From positions 1 to 64,000 of IMG/VR virus record IMGVR_UViG_3300037010_001749: a DNA stretch of 64,000 nt; one strand, given 5' to 3'. The notes beneath the pieces are model-generated. The model was not told the DNA's origin, made no database searches, and worked only from the letters and a program-made list of their open reading frames with translations. Source of the DNA: a virus. Shown here piece by piece: positions 39,652 to 48,806 of the stretch (the first letter of the stretch is position 1; each line of letters begins with the position of its first letter). Position numbers and translations under genes: made by a program.

Positions 39652-40243
39652 TGGCCTCGATCGTCTCGGCCACAGCTTCGTCGGAGGTGAGGTAGTTGTA
39701 CTCAGCCTCCAACTGACGGTAGATCCATTTGGCGAACGCCCGGAAAGCCTCGGTGATTCGGGCTTCAGCCGCCACCGTCGGCAAGTCGTCCTGCTCTTCG
39801 TCCGGCAGCATCCACCAGAACTCGAAGTCCATCGAGAACTCGTGGCAGTAGTTGCCGCGCTTGGTGATGCTGGCCTGCAGGCCGTGCTTCACTGAGGCTT
39901 GAGCCTCGTCCAGGTCCTGGGCGATGCGGAGCAGGTCCTCGTCCTGCGGCGCCCAGTCCTTGACCTGGGCCAGGGCGCCCTTCGTGCCAGCGTAGCGGCC
40001 CGCAAAGCAGGCTCCATCGCCCTGGGACCCGAAGCCGCTGAAGAAGATGCCACGCTTGTGGTCCTTCGCGTCGAAGGGCTCGATGTCCAGGCCCAGGCGC
40101 TTGGCAATCTCGTAATTATCCTCGAAGCCCCACCAGTCGAAGTCGAGGTCGCCGTCGTCGCGCCACCAGCCGCGGGCCTGAGCCTTCGCGGCATCACTCA
40201 GTTCGTCGTAGTGGTAGACCGTGGTGGTGATCTGCTCAGGCAT
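39611..40243 (-). CDS. Conserved acidic mobile-element protein
   Basis: VY..DELSD.AK..AR.W, FSGF.SQGDGA.F and L..EY.YLTSDE.V.E.I.AN.Y.F motifs. Confidence 0.55.
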   Translation of the reverse strand: MPEQITTTVYHYDELSDAAKAQARGWWRDDGDLDFDWWGFEDNYEIAKRLGLDIEPFDAKDHKRGIFFSGFGSQGDGACFAGRYAGTKGALAQVKDWAPQDEDLLRIAQDLDEAQASVKHGLQASITKRGNYCHEFSMDFEFWWMLPDEEQDDLPTVAAEARITEAFRAFAKWIYRQLEAEYNYLTSDEAVAETIEANGYTFTAEGKRFG

Positions 40244-40622
40244 TGGATGCCTCCGTCAAGGTGTCGCAGAGGCTGTCCAGCATGGAGACGAGGCCGTCCA
40301 CTATGGGTTGGCGCATGCCCTTCTCGATCGCCTGCTTGGCCAGGTCGCGGGCAGATCCCAGCACGTCACTGGCCGCCTCGAGGCAGCCCAGGATCTCCTG
40401 CAGCCGGTCGTAGGTGTAGGCGCCCGGCGTGGTGTCCGCCATGGCCTCAGCGTCGTCGGCGATTGAAGAAAGGTCGACCTCGGCATCGCCGATCCGGTCA
40501 TGGAGGTCCACGCAAAAGGACTTGTCCATCTCGTTGGTAAACGTGGCCTGCAGCAAGCTGCTCATGGCCCCACACTCAGTTTCGACAGCTAGGATCTGGC
40601 CGCGGATGTCTTCGATGCTCAT
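40236..40622 (-). CDS. Acidic helical hypothetical protein
   Basis: AAGGA RBS; overlaps the downstream gene. Confidence 0.55.
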   Translation of the reverse strand: MSIEDIRGQILAVETECGAMSSLLQATFTNEMDKSFCVDLHDRIGDAEVDLSSIADDAEAMADTTPGAYTYDRLQEILGCLEAASDVLGSARDLAKQAIEKGMRQPIVDGLVSMLDSLCDTLTEASNA

Positions 40623-40631
40623 GTAGATCCT

Positions 40632-40808
40632 TCAGTGAGCGTCGCCGCGTTCTTCGCGGCGAAGCAATTCCTTAACCTTGAGGAGGGAGTAGAGCCTGCG
40701 CCCTGGGTTGGACAGGACCAGGCTCGGTGCCAGACATCGTCTGGCCACCAGGCTCCGCAGAATCTCTGCGGGCTTGCCGACACGCTCCGCAATGTCGGCC
40801 AGGGTCAT
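40632..40808 (-). CDS. Small HTH protein
   Basis: MTLADIAERVG....L..L.....P........LYS. Confidence 0.4.
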   Translation of the reverse strand: MTLADIAERVGKPAEILRSLVARRCLAPSLVLSNPGRRLYSLLKVKELLRREERGDAH

Positions 40809-41731
40809 CTTCGGACCCGCGTCAACGCTTGCGGGTCTTGCTTTTGGGAGGTGGGTCACGGCGCAGCGTTTGCATGGCTTCGTATGCCCAGTCCGTGAAC
40901 CATTGGAGGTTCCATTCCTGGGCCTGCTGAAAAGTCTGGTCGTCATCGAAGACCACTTCGAAGCCCGAGACGCTCTCGAACCATTGGCACCAGGCAACCT
41001 GATCTTCTGCCAATTCTGGGTAGACCGCTTTGTAGTCGATCATGGTGCCTCCTGGCTATTGGGGTTTTCCCTGGGCCACTGCGGAAACGAGGCCACGAGC
41101 GTGCGCTCCACGCGGTAGACCTCGATCGGGCCATCGGCCTGGTATTGCATCAAGTAGCGGCCCATCTCGGCCATGGCCTCAGGCATCGTCGGGGCTTCAA
41201 CCGCAGCAACAAGCTCCCCGTTGCAGTGCATCTCTGCTTCGTATCCCATCAGTGCACCTTCTCCACAGTCCAGCCGCCAAAGCGTTGGTCTTCTTTCACC
41301 ACGATCGGCATATCCTTGTATCGAGCGTAGGCCAGGATCACCCACAAGGTTCCGCCGGTGGCACTGAGGTAGTAGCCGTCTTTCTCGAACTGCCTGGCCA
41401 GCTTCTTCGCTGTGGCCCGGCGTAGCGGGATGGGCCGGCCCATCGTCGGCCACTCTGGCCGGGGTTCGATCACGTGGCGCCCGTCGCCCTCGACGACGTA
41501 GGCAGCATCACTTGTCTTCGAACAGCTTCTCGACATGGGTCAAATTACTCCACCGATTTTCGTCAGGCTGCCATTGCAAGCAAGAGCAGCTGAACCCGTT
41601 GAGATGCTCACGCATGACCCAGCGAAAGCCGTCGCCTGTATCCTGGTATACCGTGCGCAGGACGCGCCCAATGCTCACGGGAGCCGGAGTGCCTTCAGGC
41701 ATGCCTGGGTTCTCCAAATTCACTTCCATGC

Positions 41732-42481
41732 CTACTCCTTAGCCCTAGAGAAAAGCCTGGGCGCCGCAAACTTGCGCGCCTTCCGCCCGTGGACTGTGAT
41801 GACCACTGAGGCCCTATTGCTTCGGCCGTCGGCCGTGCCGTTGCATGCACCGCACGCGATGCACGTGAGGCGCTTGCCCGCCTCTTCGCTGGCCGGGCAG
41901 ACCATCTCACGCACTCCGGCCCCAGCCTTGGGCGTGCGCACACGGAAGTAACGCAGCCCCAGAGTCTGGGCCAGCGTAGCTTCAGCATCGCTGTCGACGC
42001 TGGCCATGCAGAGTTCGGTGACACCTTGCCACTGCTCCAGGGGCAAGTCTCTGTTCTGCCACTGGTGCGTGTAGCCTGTGTGGCCTGCGGCCTTGGACAC
42101 CAGGGCCTGCCAGACCCTGGCAGGCACAGCCATCGGGTCCCCATAGGAGCCCAGGCGGACCATTCGGCCCTCACCCAGCACCGAGGGGTCTTCGTGCAGA
42201 GGGTAGCCGCCGCGGCGCCACTTCTTGTAGACCACGGCAGGCCCACGGTCTACCAGCACATAGCAGGCACCGCCGCGGCTGGGGCGCCAGGCACACTCTC
42301 CGCACACAGAGACATCTGCGCCCGAGGCTACAGCCTCAGCCGGGTGCATGTCCTGGCGCAGGATGTATGTCTGCACCATGTTGCCTGTCTTCACGTTGGC
42401 GCTCGCCTTCAGGGCAATGGCCATGATGGGCGCCGCGTCAAGCAGCGACGCCCCTTGCCAGATGACGTGGCCCGTCGTCAT
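41732..42481 (-). CDS. Cys-rich putative metal/Fe-S protein (GP88-like)
   Basis: N.KTG, CGEC.......CY, R....GD, YTH, ASV and CPA.......C..C..C motifs. Confidence 0.45.
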   Translation of the reverse strand: MTTGHVIWQGASLLDAAPIMAIALKASANVKTGNMVQTYILRQDMHPAEAVASGADVSVCGECAWRPSRGGACYVLVDRGPAVVYKKWRRGGYPLHEDPSVLGEGRMVRLGSYGDPMAVPARVWQALVSKAAGHTGYTHQWQNRDLPLEQWQGVTELCMASVDSDAEATLAQTLGLRYFRVRTPKAGAGVREMVCPASEEAGKRLTCIACGACNGTADGRSNRASVVITVHGRKARKFAAPRLFSRAKE

Positions 42482-44610
42482 GTGGGTTCGTCGGCGAGCC
42501 AGCTTCGCGGCACGCAGTAGCATGCAACCATACCGCCTATAGTCGGCATCTCTTCGCCTTCCAAGTAGAAACCCCCATCGAGGTCAGCCGCCCCGGGCAC
42601 GTAGGGACTGCAGGCCCTGTTGGCATGACCGGCTGGCCCGGCGAACACCCACAGCAGCGGCGCACCACCCAACCAGTCAATCCGATAGTTGACGCCGTCA
42701 TAGACGCCTTCGATGATCGGCTCGCTGATATCGATGTTGTCTCGCCGGCGCTCGACGTGTTCCTCGACAAAGGCATCCTTGTCCGGCTCCTGATTCTTGA
42801 ACCCGAACCAGTTTTGCTGGAAGATCTCGGAGTCGAAGCCCACCTCTCGGTCAGCGCCGCTCTCAGCGGCGCTAATGCAGCACTCCTCCGTCAAGGCTTC
42901 GTATTCGCCCTCGGCCTCGGCCACCAGTTCAGTGACGGCCGCCTCGTAGCTGACGTCCTTGGCGTGCTGGCCATAGAACAGGTCATCCAGGCACCAGGGC
43001 TGTAACGAGTTGAAAGAGATCACGCCGTAGGCGAGACCAGTGGTGGGGTTGTAGTCGGGCATCGTTGCTCCTTAGGGCTAGGTACGCTCACACCTCAAGC
43101 CACCACGCGGCCCGAGGCTGAGAAGAAATATGTCAAGCAAAACTTGTCATCTTCGAGCCGCGCAACCGCCGGATGTGCAGCCACTCGCCGTCTGTGAGAC
43201 TGCGTAGCTTCACAGCGTCACCCGCTCAGCCAGCGCCTGGCTGATCTCACCATTCCGGGACAAGCTGTCGACGTAGTCCGAGAAGGCGCAGCGTGTGTCG
43301 GTCACGTGCATGGTGCCGTTGCCGCTGTAGTCGGGGGTCTTTTTGCGCTCCGCGTCGGGGTGCGCTTCCCAAAAGGCAGCGCGAACCTCACGCTGCGCGG
43401 TGTAGGTAGGCTTCACAGCGGGTAGCCCACCCGCTTCACGACCTTGCAGTTCACCACCTCGACCGTGTCTCCGACACGGATGACACCCTCCCGCCGGCTC
43501 ATACCAGGTTCAAGGTAGTGACCCACCAACTGTTGCAAGCCAGGTAGGCGTCGTAATCCTGGTAGAGATCCTTGGTGCCTTCGTAGTGGCTCACGCGGAG
43601 CCGGTACAGCTGCCGCTCCGCGTGGAGGTTTGCGTTACCGTGGTCCACCAGCACAGCCGCGACGCACTCGCTGTTGTTCTTGATGACGATGACCTGTGTA
43701 GCTGCGTTGGGGCTCATGCTTCGAACCCCGCCTGGAAGCCGAAGTAGGCGATGTCCACGTGGCCACGGCTGCAGAAGACCATGTCGAAGTCGCAGGGATT
43801 GACGAGGCCTTCGATGTACCCCTGCGCCTTCCGGTCTTCGCGCCAGGCTTTGGCCACTTCAGCCCGCGCCTTCTTCAGTGCAGCCAAGGCCTCGGTGTAG
43901 TTGTCGCCAGCCGGCACAGACACCAGTGCCACATGGAAGGGCCAGGCGTGCACCCAGTCGGGCGGGAACCTGTAGTGGAGCACCACCGTCCAGGGCTTGC
44001 TGGCCCTCACGACAGCGTCTCCGACTTAGCCTCTTCACCCAGGGCGCGCAACGTGGTGGCCAGCAAGGTACTGGCACGGATCGGGCTCATGCCCGAGGCG
44101 ATGAGCAGGCGCTTCGCGTCCTGCATGGCCTGCAGCCCCTGTAGATTGGTCTGGCGCACGGCACTGCTGAAGGTGCGGATGATTTCGTGTTCGATATCGT
44201 TCAAACGTCTTCCTTAGGGTTGGGGAAAGGCTTGCGCTCCAAGGGGAACGAGGCTAGTCGGATCTGGCCCATGCCCTTGCGAATGTAAATATGCTGGCGG
44301 TGATCAAAACGAAAGGCCAGCATGTCACTGGCCAGGTTGGCCTTCAGGATCGCCAAGTCTTCGGTGTGATAGAACGCCCATCGGGCGGCCTTGATGGCGC
44401 GGCCAAGGTCGCGCCAGGTCTAGCGCAGCGGGGTCACCCCACCACCGCCATGTCGCGCTCGCAAGTATTGAACTCCAGCCCGTGCTCCACGGCTAGGTCT
44501 TCGGCCTTCTGCAGAGCATCCTGCTCCGACTCGGCTTCGATTTCCACCATCGTGGCGTACGTCTCCGTGACGGCCACTTTGTACATTTTGGTCATGCTAT
44601 TGTCTCTAGA

Positions 44611-44628
44611 TTAGCTCGAACGTTATGC
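44611..44628 (+). repeat. attC right half-site (left border of array)
   Basis: TTAGCTCGAACGTTATGC is identical to the end of attC 46862-46931; no left arm upstream. Confidence 0.8.
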
Positions 44629-44744
44629 GCCTGTCTCGGAATGGGTGAGCTTCACCGCATGCCAAGTGCCTAAAACCTCGTCTGCCGCCGTCAGCCAGTC
44701 TTGCGGCAGCGGGTGCGCTTCAGCAGGGCCAGCGCAGCGGCACC

Positions 44745-45458
44745 CTACTCCACCGGGTTCACTGCGCTTCGCGCAATCTCAATGAGCAAGTCTCGGAACT
44801 CAGGCGGTGTACCGTTGCGGATCGCAGTCTTATCCTTGCCGCCCACCATCGCCATCATTCCAATGCGCCGCGCTTTCGCGTATCCGGGCAACTCCACGGC
44901 GCGCGGGTGTAGCCGCTGCGGTGTCTTGCCCCAGCGCAGTTCGGGCAGCAGGCGCTTTTGCACGCCAGCCACAAGCAGCCATGTTCCTTTGCCGGCAAGG
45001 TGCCCGTAGTGGCCTTGGTACACGCAGCACGTCCACAAGCCTGGCGCGGCCTCAACCCACCCACCTTTGCGCGGCGGCTTCTTCAGCCTGAAGTACGCCC
45101 ACGCATGCGAGTCCATCGGGTGTTCAAGCACGCCACCGTTCAGACGCAGCGCCGCCAGTGCGGTAGCAAAACACCCATCGTCGGCGCCCAGCTTGTACTG
45201 GTGCGGCTTGCGCGTGCTGCCGTGCCAGAACCTGCCCCAGCGCTGGCAGGGCAGGTGCGCCACTACCGGGTGCGGGCCTGCATAGGTACGGGCATCGCGG
45301 GCTTGGTCCCACGGGTCAACGCCCGGCACGCCTACATAGCAGCCCTTCGGCTCAACGTAGAGGGCCGCCACCGTACGGAAGCTCTCCACCTGGCGCATAA
45401 CCCCTCGCACAAGCTGAGAGCCAACGGCGGGTGTAATGGGTGCTTCAGGTTTGGTCAT
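44745..45458 (-). CDS. Cassette 1: divergent DNA cytosine methyltransferase-like protein
   Basis: VAAL.V, DAR.Y, VAH(L)PC, VLEHP and C-terminal TP..F...L; ATG lies inside the attC loop. Confidence 0.5.
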   Translation of the reverse strand: MTKPEAPITPAVGSQLVRGVMRQVESFRTVAALYVEPKGCYVGVPGVDPWDQARDARTYAGPHPVVAHLPCQRWGRFWHGSTRKPHQYKLGADDGCFATALAALRLNGGVLEHPMDSHAWAYFRLKKPPRKGGWVEAAPGLWTCCVYQGHYGHLAGKGTWLLVAGVQKRLLPELRWGKTPQRLHPRAVELPGYAKARRIGMMAMVGGKDKTAIRNGTPPEFRDLLIEIARSAVNPVE

Positions 45459-45491
45459 GCCGTTGGTTCCAGCTTTGCTTGGTCATTAGGC
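45395..45491 (+). repeat. attC site, 97 bp, R' degenerate (ATTAGGC)
   Basis: GCATAAC...; near-identical to 47467-47563. Confidence 0.82.
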
Positions 45492-45679
45492 GGCTTGCGC
45501 AACTCGAACATCACAACCCGCCGCAGACCCAGGCGCCGCAGGTAGTCGGCGCTCGGGTTCACCTTCTCGCCATCACGCAGCCGCGACAGGTAGCCGCAGT
45601 CAATCTCGGTCACGCGGGCCACGGCGCGCAGGCTGCCGTGCTGCGAGACGAGTTGGTCAATGCGCTCTGCCAGCGTCAT
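45455..45679 (-). CDS. Cassette 2: XRE/Cro-like HTH protein
   Basis: SLRAVARVTEIDCGYLSRLRDG...NPS...LRRLGL; ATGA-coupled at both ends. Confidence 0.75.
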   Translation of the reverse strand: MTLAERIDQLVSQHGSLRAVARVTEIDCGYLSRLRDGEKVNPSADYLRRLGLRRVVMFELRKPPNDQAKLEPTA

Positions 45680-46020
45680 GACTGATACCCGGCCAGCGCG
45701 TTGGCTAGCGCGGCATCCGCTTCGCCGAGAAAATCGTCCGGCACAATGAACGACACCCACGCGGGAGCGTTCGGCGTTGCTGGATGCCTCGCGTATTGCA
45801 AGAGCGTCGCAAGCAGCACGGCACAGCGCTTCGGCGCAGCCCGCACCAGCACTGCAAACCGCTCCAGGTGCTCCTGCGTCACGCCGTGGCAGCCTTCGCT
45901 GTACACGCACGAACCGCTGCCGTGGTTCAGCACGTTCACCATTCCAGCAGCCTCCACCAGCGGGCCTAACCCCTCTGTCGAGCCGAGTGCCAACGGCTGG
46001 CTGGTTTTGGTAGTGTTCAT
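45676..46020 (-). CDS. Cassette 2: hypothetical protein
   Basis: AAGGAG RBS and ATG inside attC 45964-46068. Confidence 0.65.
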   Translation of the reverse strand: MNTTKTSQPLALGSTEGLGPLVEAAGMVNVLNHGSGSCVYSEGCHGVTQEHLERFAVLVRAAPKRCAVLLATLLQYARHPATPNAPAWVSFIVPDDFLGEADAALANALAGYQS

Positions 46021-46068
46021 CGTTGCTTCTCCTTGGCCGTTGTCACCGGCTCAACTCCAACGTTAGGC
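45964..46068 (+). repeat. attC site, 105 bp
   Basis: GCCTAAC...GTTAGGC; near-identical to 48750-48854. Confidence 0.9.
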
Positions 46069-46069
46069 C

Positions 46070-46444
46070 TCACACCAGCCACGATGCAGCGGCAGCTTGG
46101 CGAGAGGCTGTGTCGCGTGCCTTGATGCCCGCCAACAAGTCGGCGGCCAGCAGCGGGTATTCGGCGGCGCACGATTCTACGTATGCGCGCAGGGCCGCCG
46201 CAGCGTGCTTATCATGCGTCAGGTCCAGCACAAAGTAAACGCAGCCGCAGTGCTTGCCGCCCGGCGCGCTACTGCCGTCCGTTCGCGTCACGTTGAATCT
46301 GCTGTACAGCCCACGATTCCTGTCACAGGGCATTGGCTCGCCGCACAGTTCACACTTGCTCATGCTTTTCCTCGCTCCGGCACCAGGCCGAACCATTCGC
46401 ACAAGCTGCGCCCCAACGGCGGGGCACAGCAACTCGGTAGGCAC
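46070..46444 (-). CDS. Cassette 3: conserved phage hypothetical protein (start may be 46363)
   Basis: GLY..F.V.RTDG......FVLDL..D..A..AL.AY motif. Confidence 0.65.
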   Translation of the reverse strand: MPTELLCPAVGAQLVRMVRPGAGARKSMSKCELCGEPMPCDRNRGLYSRFNVTRTDGSSAPGGKHCGCVYFVLDLTHDKHAAAALRAYVESCAAEYPLLAADLLAGIKARDTASRQAAAASWLV

Positions 46445-46487
46445 CGCCTGCGCGGCCGTTGGTGCCAGCTTTCCTCAATCGTTAGCC
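46387..46487 (+). repeat. attC site, 101 bp
   Basis: GCCGAAC...GTTAGCC with inner CCAACGGC/GCCGTTGG stem. Confidence 0.85.
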
Positions 46488-46500
46488 AGCGCCAAAACCA

Positions 46501-46821
46501 TCACGCCGGCTCGTAGGTGGCTGCGAAGATGTCCGGTTTGCATGGATAGTGCTCGCCGGCCACGCCGCGAATGATCCAGTCGCCTGGGCTAGCGACATGC
46601 TGGCCTTCAAGCGTCGGAACCATGATGTTGTTGTTGTGCCATTGCGCCAGCTCGCGCCCGATGGCGTGCTGTCCCTCGTTGATCCAGAGAATCAGCGCAT
46701 AGCTACTTCCGTCGTTGCGGAACTGGCGTGCTTCAATCACGATAGGTTTCTTCCTGAAGCGCGTTGTCTGTTCGGTTGTTGCCGCGTCCAGCTCATGGCC
46801 GGCGCTGAGAAATGTTTGCAT
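46501..46821 (-). CDS. Cassette 4: conserved phage protein (PGDYG-like)
   Basis: RKKP.VIEA.QF...TLEG...PGDWII.GV.GE.YPCKPDIF..TYE. Confidence 0.7.
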   Translation of the reverse strand: MQTFLSAGHELDAATTEQTTRFRKKPIVIEARQFRNDGSSYALILWINEGQHAIGRELAQWHNNNIMVPTLEGQHVASPGDWIIRGVAGEHYPCKPDIFAATYEPA

Positions 46822-46861
46822 GACGGTTCCTTCTGTGTTGTGCCAGCATGGGTCGGGCGCT

Positions 46862-46931
46862 GGCTAACCCCTCGCTCAAGCGGATTTGCCACGGAGTACC
46901 ATGTCAAACGCGCTTAGCTCGAACGTTATGC
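46862..46931 (+). repeat. attC site, 70 bp
   Basis: GGCTAAC-CCCTC-GCTCAAGC...GCTTAGC-TCGAAC-GTTATGC; extra C in L''. Confidence 0.92.
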
Positions 46932-47530
46932 GCCTTGAGGCACGCCACCATTTGCCGCGCCGACTGTCTCGCGTCCATCAACGGGTGGTGCGCCGGTAGT
47001 TCGTCCGGCAAGCGCTCGGTCAGTTCCAGCGCGTTGCCGCCCAGCGCCAGGATCACGCTTGCCAAGTCGTGCAGCGGGTACGGGCCTTGCCACTCGCGCT
47101 CGGCGTGGTTCAGCTTCACGCACGCGCTCAGAAAGTTGGCTTCCACCGGCCAAGCGCAGTCAGCCACCAGCACCGCGCCCTGGTCGGCCCAGCTTCGCCA
47201 CTCATGCCAAAAGTGGTTCCGCAGGTGCTGCTTCGTTGGGCTTGTCACCGGCAGCGCCGGCACATGCTCGCCCACCCACAGCCGGCTTTCGGCGGTGCCG
47301 GTGCAGTCGGCGGGGTCGCAAGCAATGCAGCCTTCGTCCAGCCGCTCGCCTTCTCGGTTCACCACTACCCAGGCCACTGCAAAGCCCTCGCCATGCAGGC
47401 CAATGCTTTCCACGTCAAACACCATAAATTTGTCCATCACCATCCTCTCGTTTCTCGCTGCAGGCGCCGTAACACCTCGCACAAGCTGAGAGCCAACGGC
47501 GGGTGTAGTGGGTGCTTCAGGTTTGGTCAT
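46904..47530 (-). CDS. Cassette 5: DEDDh 3'-5' exonuclease/exoribonuclease
   Basis: VFDVES.G and H.PL.DA motifs; ORF begins and ends inside attC sites. Confidence 0.75.
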   Translation of the reverse strand: MTKPEAPTTPAVGSQLVRGVTAPAARNERMVMDKFMVFDVESIGLHGEGFAVAWVVVNREGERLDEGCIACDPADCTGTAESRLWVGEHVPALPVTSPTKQHLRNHFWHEWRSWADQGAVLVADCAWPVEANFLSACVKLNHAEREWQGPYPLHDLASVILALGGNALELTERLPDELPAHHPLMDARQSARQMVACLKAHNVRAKRV

Positions 47531-47563
47531 GCCGTTGGCTCCAGCTTTGCTCGATCGTTAGGC
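47467..47563 (+). repeat. attC site, 97 bp
   Basis: CCGTAAC...GTTAGGC; near-identical to 45395-45491. Confidence 0.85.
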
Positions 47564-47863
47564 GCTTACCGCAGGGCCAGCAGGCAGCGGCATCCAGTGC
47601 GTCACACGTCTCACCAGCGCTGGCGGCAGCGGCCAGTTGTGCTGGTCCACCTCCCACCGAGGGCCCTCACCAGTAAGCCGGAACTTCGTGATGTGCGCGT
47701 GTCCAGGAGTCAGCCGGTCAAAGACCCCGCGGCGCCACACCAGCACGGTGGCGTTGTGACTGGGCAAGCGCTCGCCAGTCGGCACCCACGCGCATAACCC
47801 CTCACTGCAACCGAGCCCCAACGGCTGGCCCGTGCTGCTGTCATCGGTAGTTTCAGTGGTCAT
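47558..47863 (-). CDS. Cassette 6: DUF551-like protein
   Basis: W....ERLP.....VLVW...VTHWMPLP; GAGG RBS and ATG in the attC loop; stop inside the R' box. Confidence 0.75.
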   Translation of the reverse strand: MTTETTDDSSTGQPLGLGCSEGLCAWVPTGERLPSHNATVLVWRRGVFDRLTPGHAHITKFRLTGEGPRWEVDQHNWPLPPALVRRVTHWMPLPAGPAVSA

Positions 47864-47911
47864 CGTGTTTCCTCTCGTGCCGTTGTGTCCGGCTCACCTC
47901 GAACGTTAGGG
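47792..47911 (+). repeat. attC site, 120 bp
   Basis: GCATAAC...GTTAGGG. Confidence 0.85.
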
Positions 47912-48079
47912 CGCAGGGCCACGCTTGCGGTTCTCGCGGCGCTGCAACTTCGCTTCCAGCGCCCTGACCTCTGGCACGTACTCCGGGCGCACATGCACTG
48001 TCACCGCAGTGCGCCCGGATTCCTTGTGGCGCTGCCGCTCGTCGGCCTTGCGCTCTGCTGCTGTTTTCGCTGGGCTCAT
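47906..48079 (-). CDS. Cassette 7: 57-aa basic putative DNA-binding protein (not in the ORF track)
   Basis: MSPAKTAAERKADERQRHKESGRTAVTVHVRPEYVPEVRALEAKL...; ATGA-coupled to the upstream ORF; TAA inside the R' box. Confidence 0.6.
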   Translation of the reverse strand: MSPAKTAAERKADERQRHKESGRTAVTVHVRPEYVPEVRALEAKLQRRENRKRGPAP

Positions 48080-48318
48080 GCCAGCGTGGCGCCGGCCGCT
48101 AGGTAGTGCGCCAGCTCGCTGTCCGGGATCGAAACGAACCTGTAGCCCATGCGGTGCGCAGTGGAGCCATCAGGAATGGTCACAACGCTGAACGGCTCAC
48201 CCTTCATTTCGGCAATCTGCTTTGCGTAGGCACGCACTGGCTCGGCCTGCGAGTGGATCGGTTCCACTTGCAGGGCTGCGCGCTGGCGCTTCAGTGTCTT
48301 GGTCATCTCAGCTTGCAT
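48076..48318 (-). CDS. Cassette 7: 80-aa hypothetical protein
   Basis: AAGGAG RBS then ATG (MQAEMTKTL...), downstream of a cassette-internal promoter. Confidence 0.65.
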   Translation of the reverse strand: MQAEMTKTLKRQRAALQVEPIHSQAEPVRAYAKQIAEMKGEPFSVVTIPDGSTAHRMGYRFVSIPDSELAHYLAAGATLA

Positions 48319-48357
48319 CTCTTGCTCCTTCTGCTGCACTGTAGCCGCAGTGGCTAC

Positions 48358-48386
48358 AGTATCGCTCATCGTGACACGTCACGCAA
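48358..48386 (-). promoter_or_regulatory. Sigma70-like promoter with overlapping inverted-repeat operator
   Basis: Minus strand TTGCGT-N17-GATACT; CGTGAC-AC-GTCACG at 48370-48383. Confidence 0.65.
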
Positions 48387-48401
48387 GCATTCTCGCGTGC
48401 G

Positions 48402-48507
48402 CCCTAACCCCTCGTTGCAACCGAGCCCCAACAGGCTGCGGTCAGTTGTGGCCTTTCGGCCTGCTTATGCACGGCCTGTTGGGGCCGGCTGAACTCGAAC
48501 GTTAGGC
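48402..48507 (+). repeat. attC site, 106 bp
   Basis: CCCTAAC...GTTAGGC; core identical to 49114-49219. Confidence 0.92.
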
Positions 48508-48806
48508 CCTTCAATGCCGCGAGCAATCTTGCTGGCGGCATTCCGCGCGTTCACCGTCACGCCGTCAGCGTGCGTCTCGCCCCAGCGGCGGGCAATGGCG
48601 GCGCAGCGTGCGCGCTCGGCGGCCACGGCCTTGTCAATGCGCCACTGCACATGCGCCGGGCTTGACCAATGGCCGCACTCGGCGGGGTCATCGTTTGTGC
48701 CGCAGATTGTCATGGTCAGGTATTGGCCCTCGCGCTGCGGTGGCAGCGGGCCTAACCCCTCTGTCGAGCCGAGTGCCAACGGCTGGCTGGTTTTGGTAGT
48801 GTTCAT
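48465..48806 (-). CDS. Cassette 8: hypothetical protein
   Basis: RBS and ATG in attC 48750-48854, stop in attC 48402-48507; AVAAERARCAAIA motif. Confidence 0.65.
   Translation of the reverse strand: MNTTKTSQPLALGSTEGLGPLPPQREGQYLTMTICGTNDDPAECGHWSSPAHVQWRIDKAVAAERARCAAIARRWGETHADGVTVNARNAASKIARGIEGPNVRVQPAPTGRA

Larger units (their letters stand above)
34246..44595 (-). other. Cluster of ~30 small co-oriented accessory ORFs, mostly hypothetical
   Basis: Chain of ORFs with stop/start overlaps, e.g. 35364..35666, 35663..36028, 36236..36487, 36675..37040, 37037..37495, 38434..38799, 42478..43062, 43714..44010, 44434..44595. Confidence 0.75.

Noticed and set aside
43120-43150. Sigma70 promoter at TTGACA on the minus strand
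   Set aside because: No acceptable -10 element at 16-18 bp spacing
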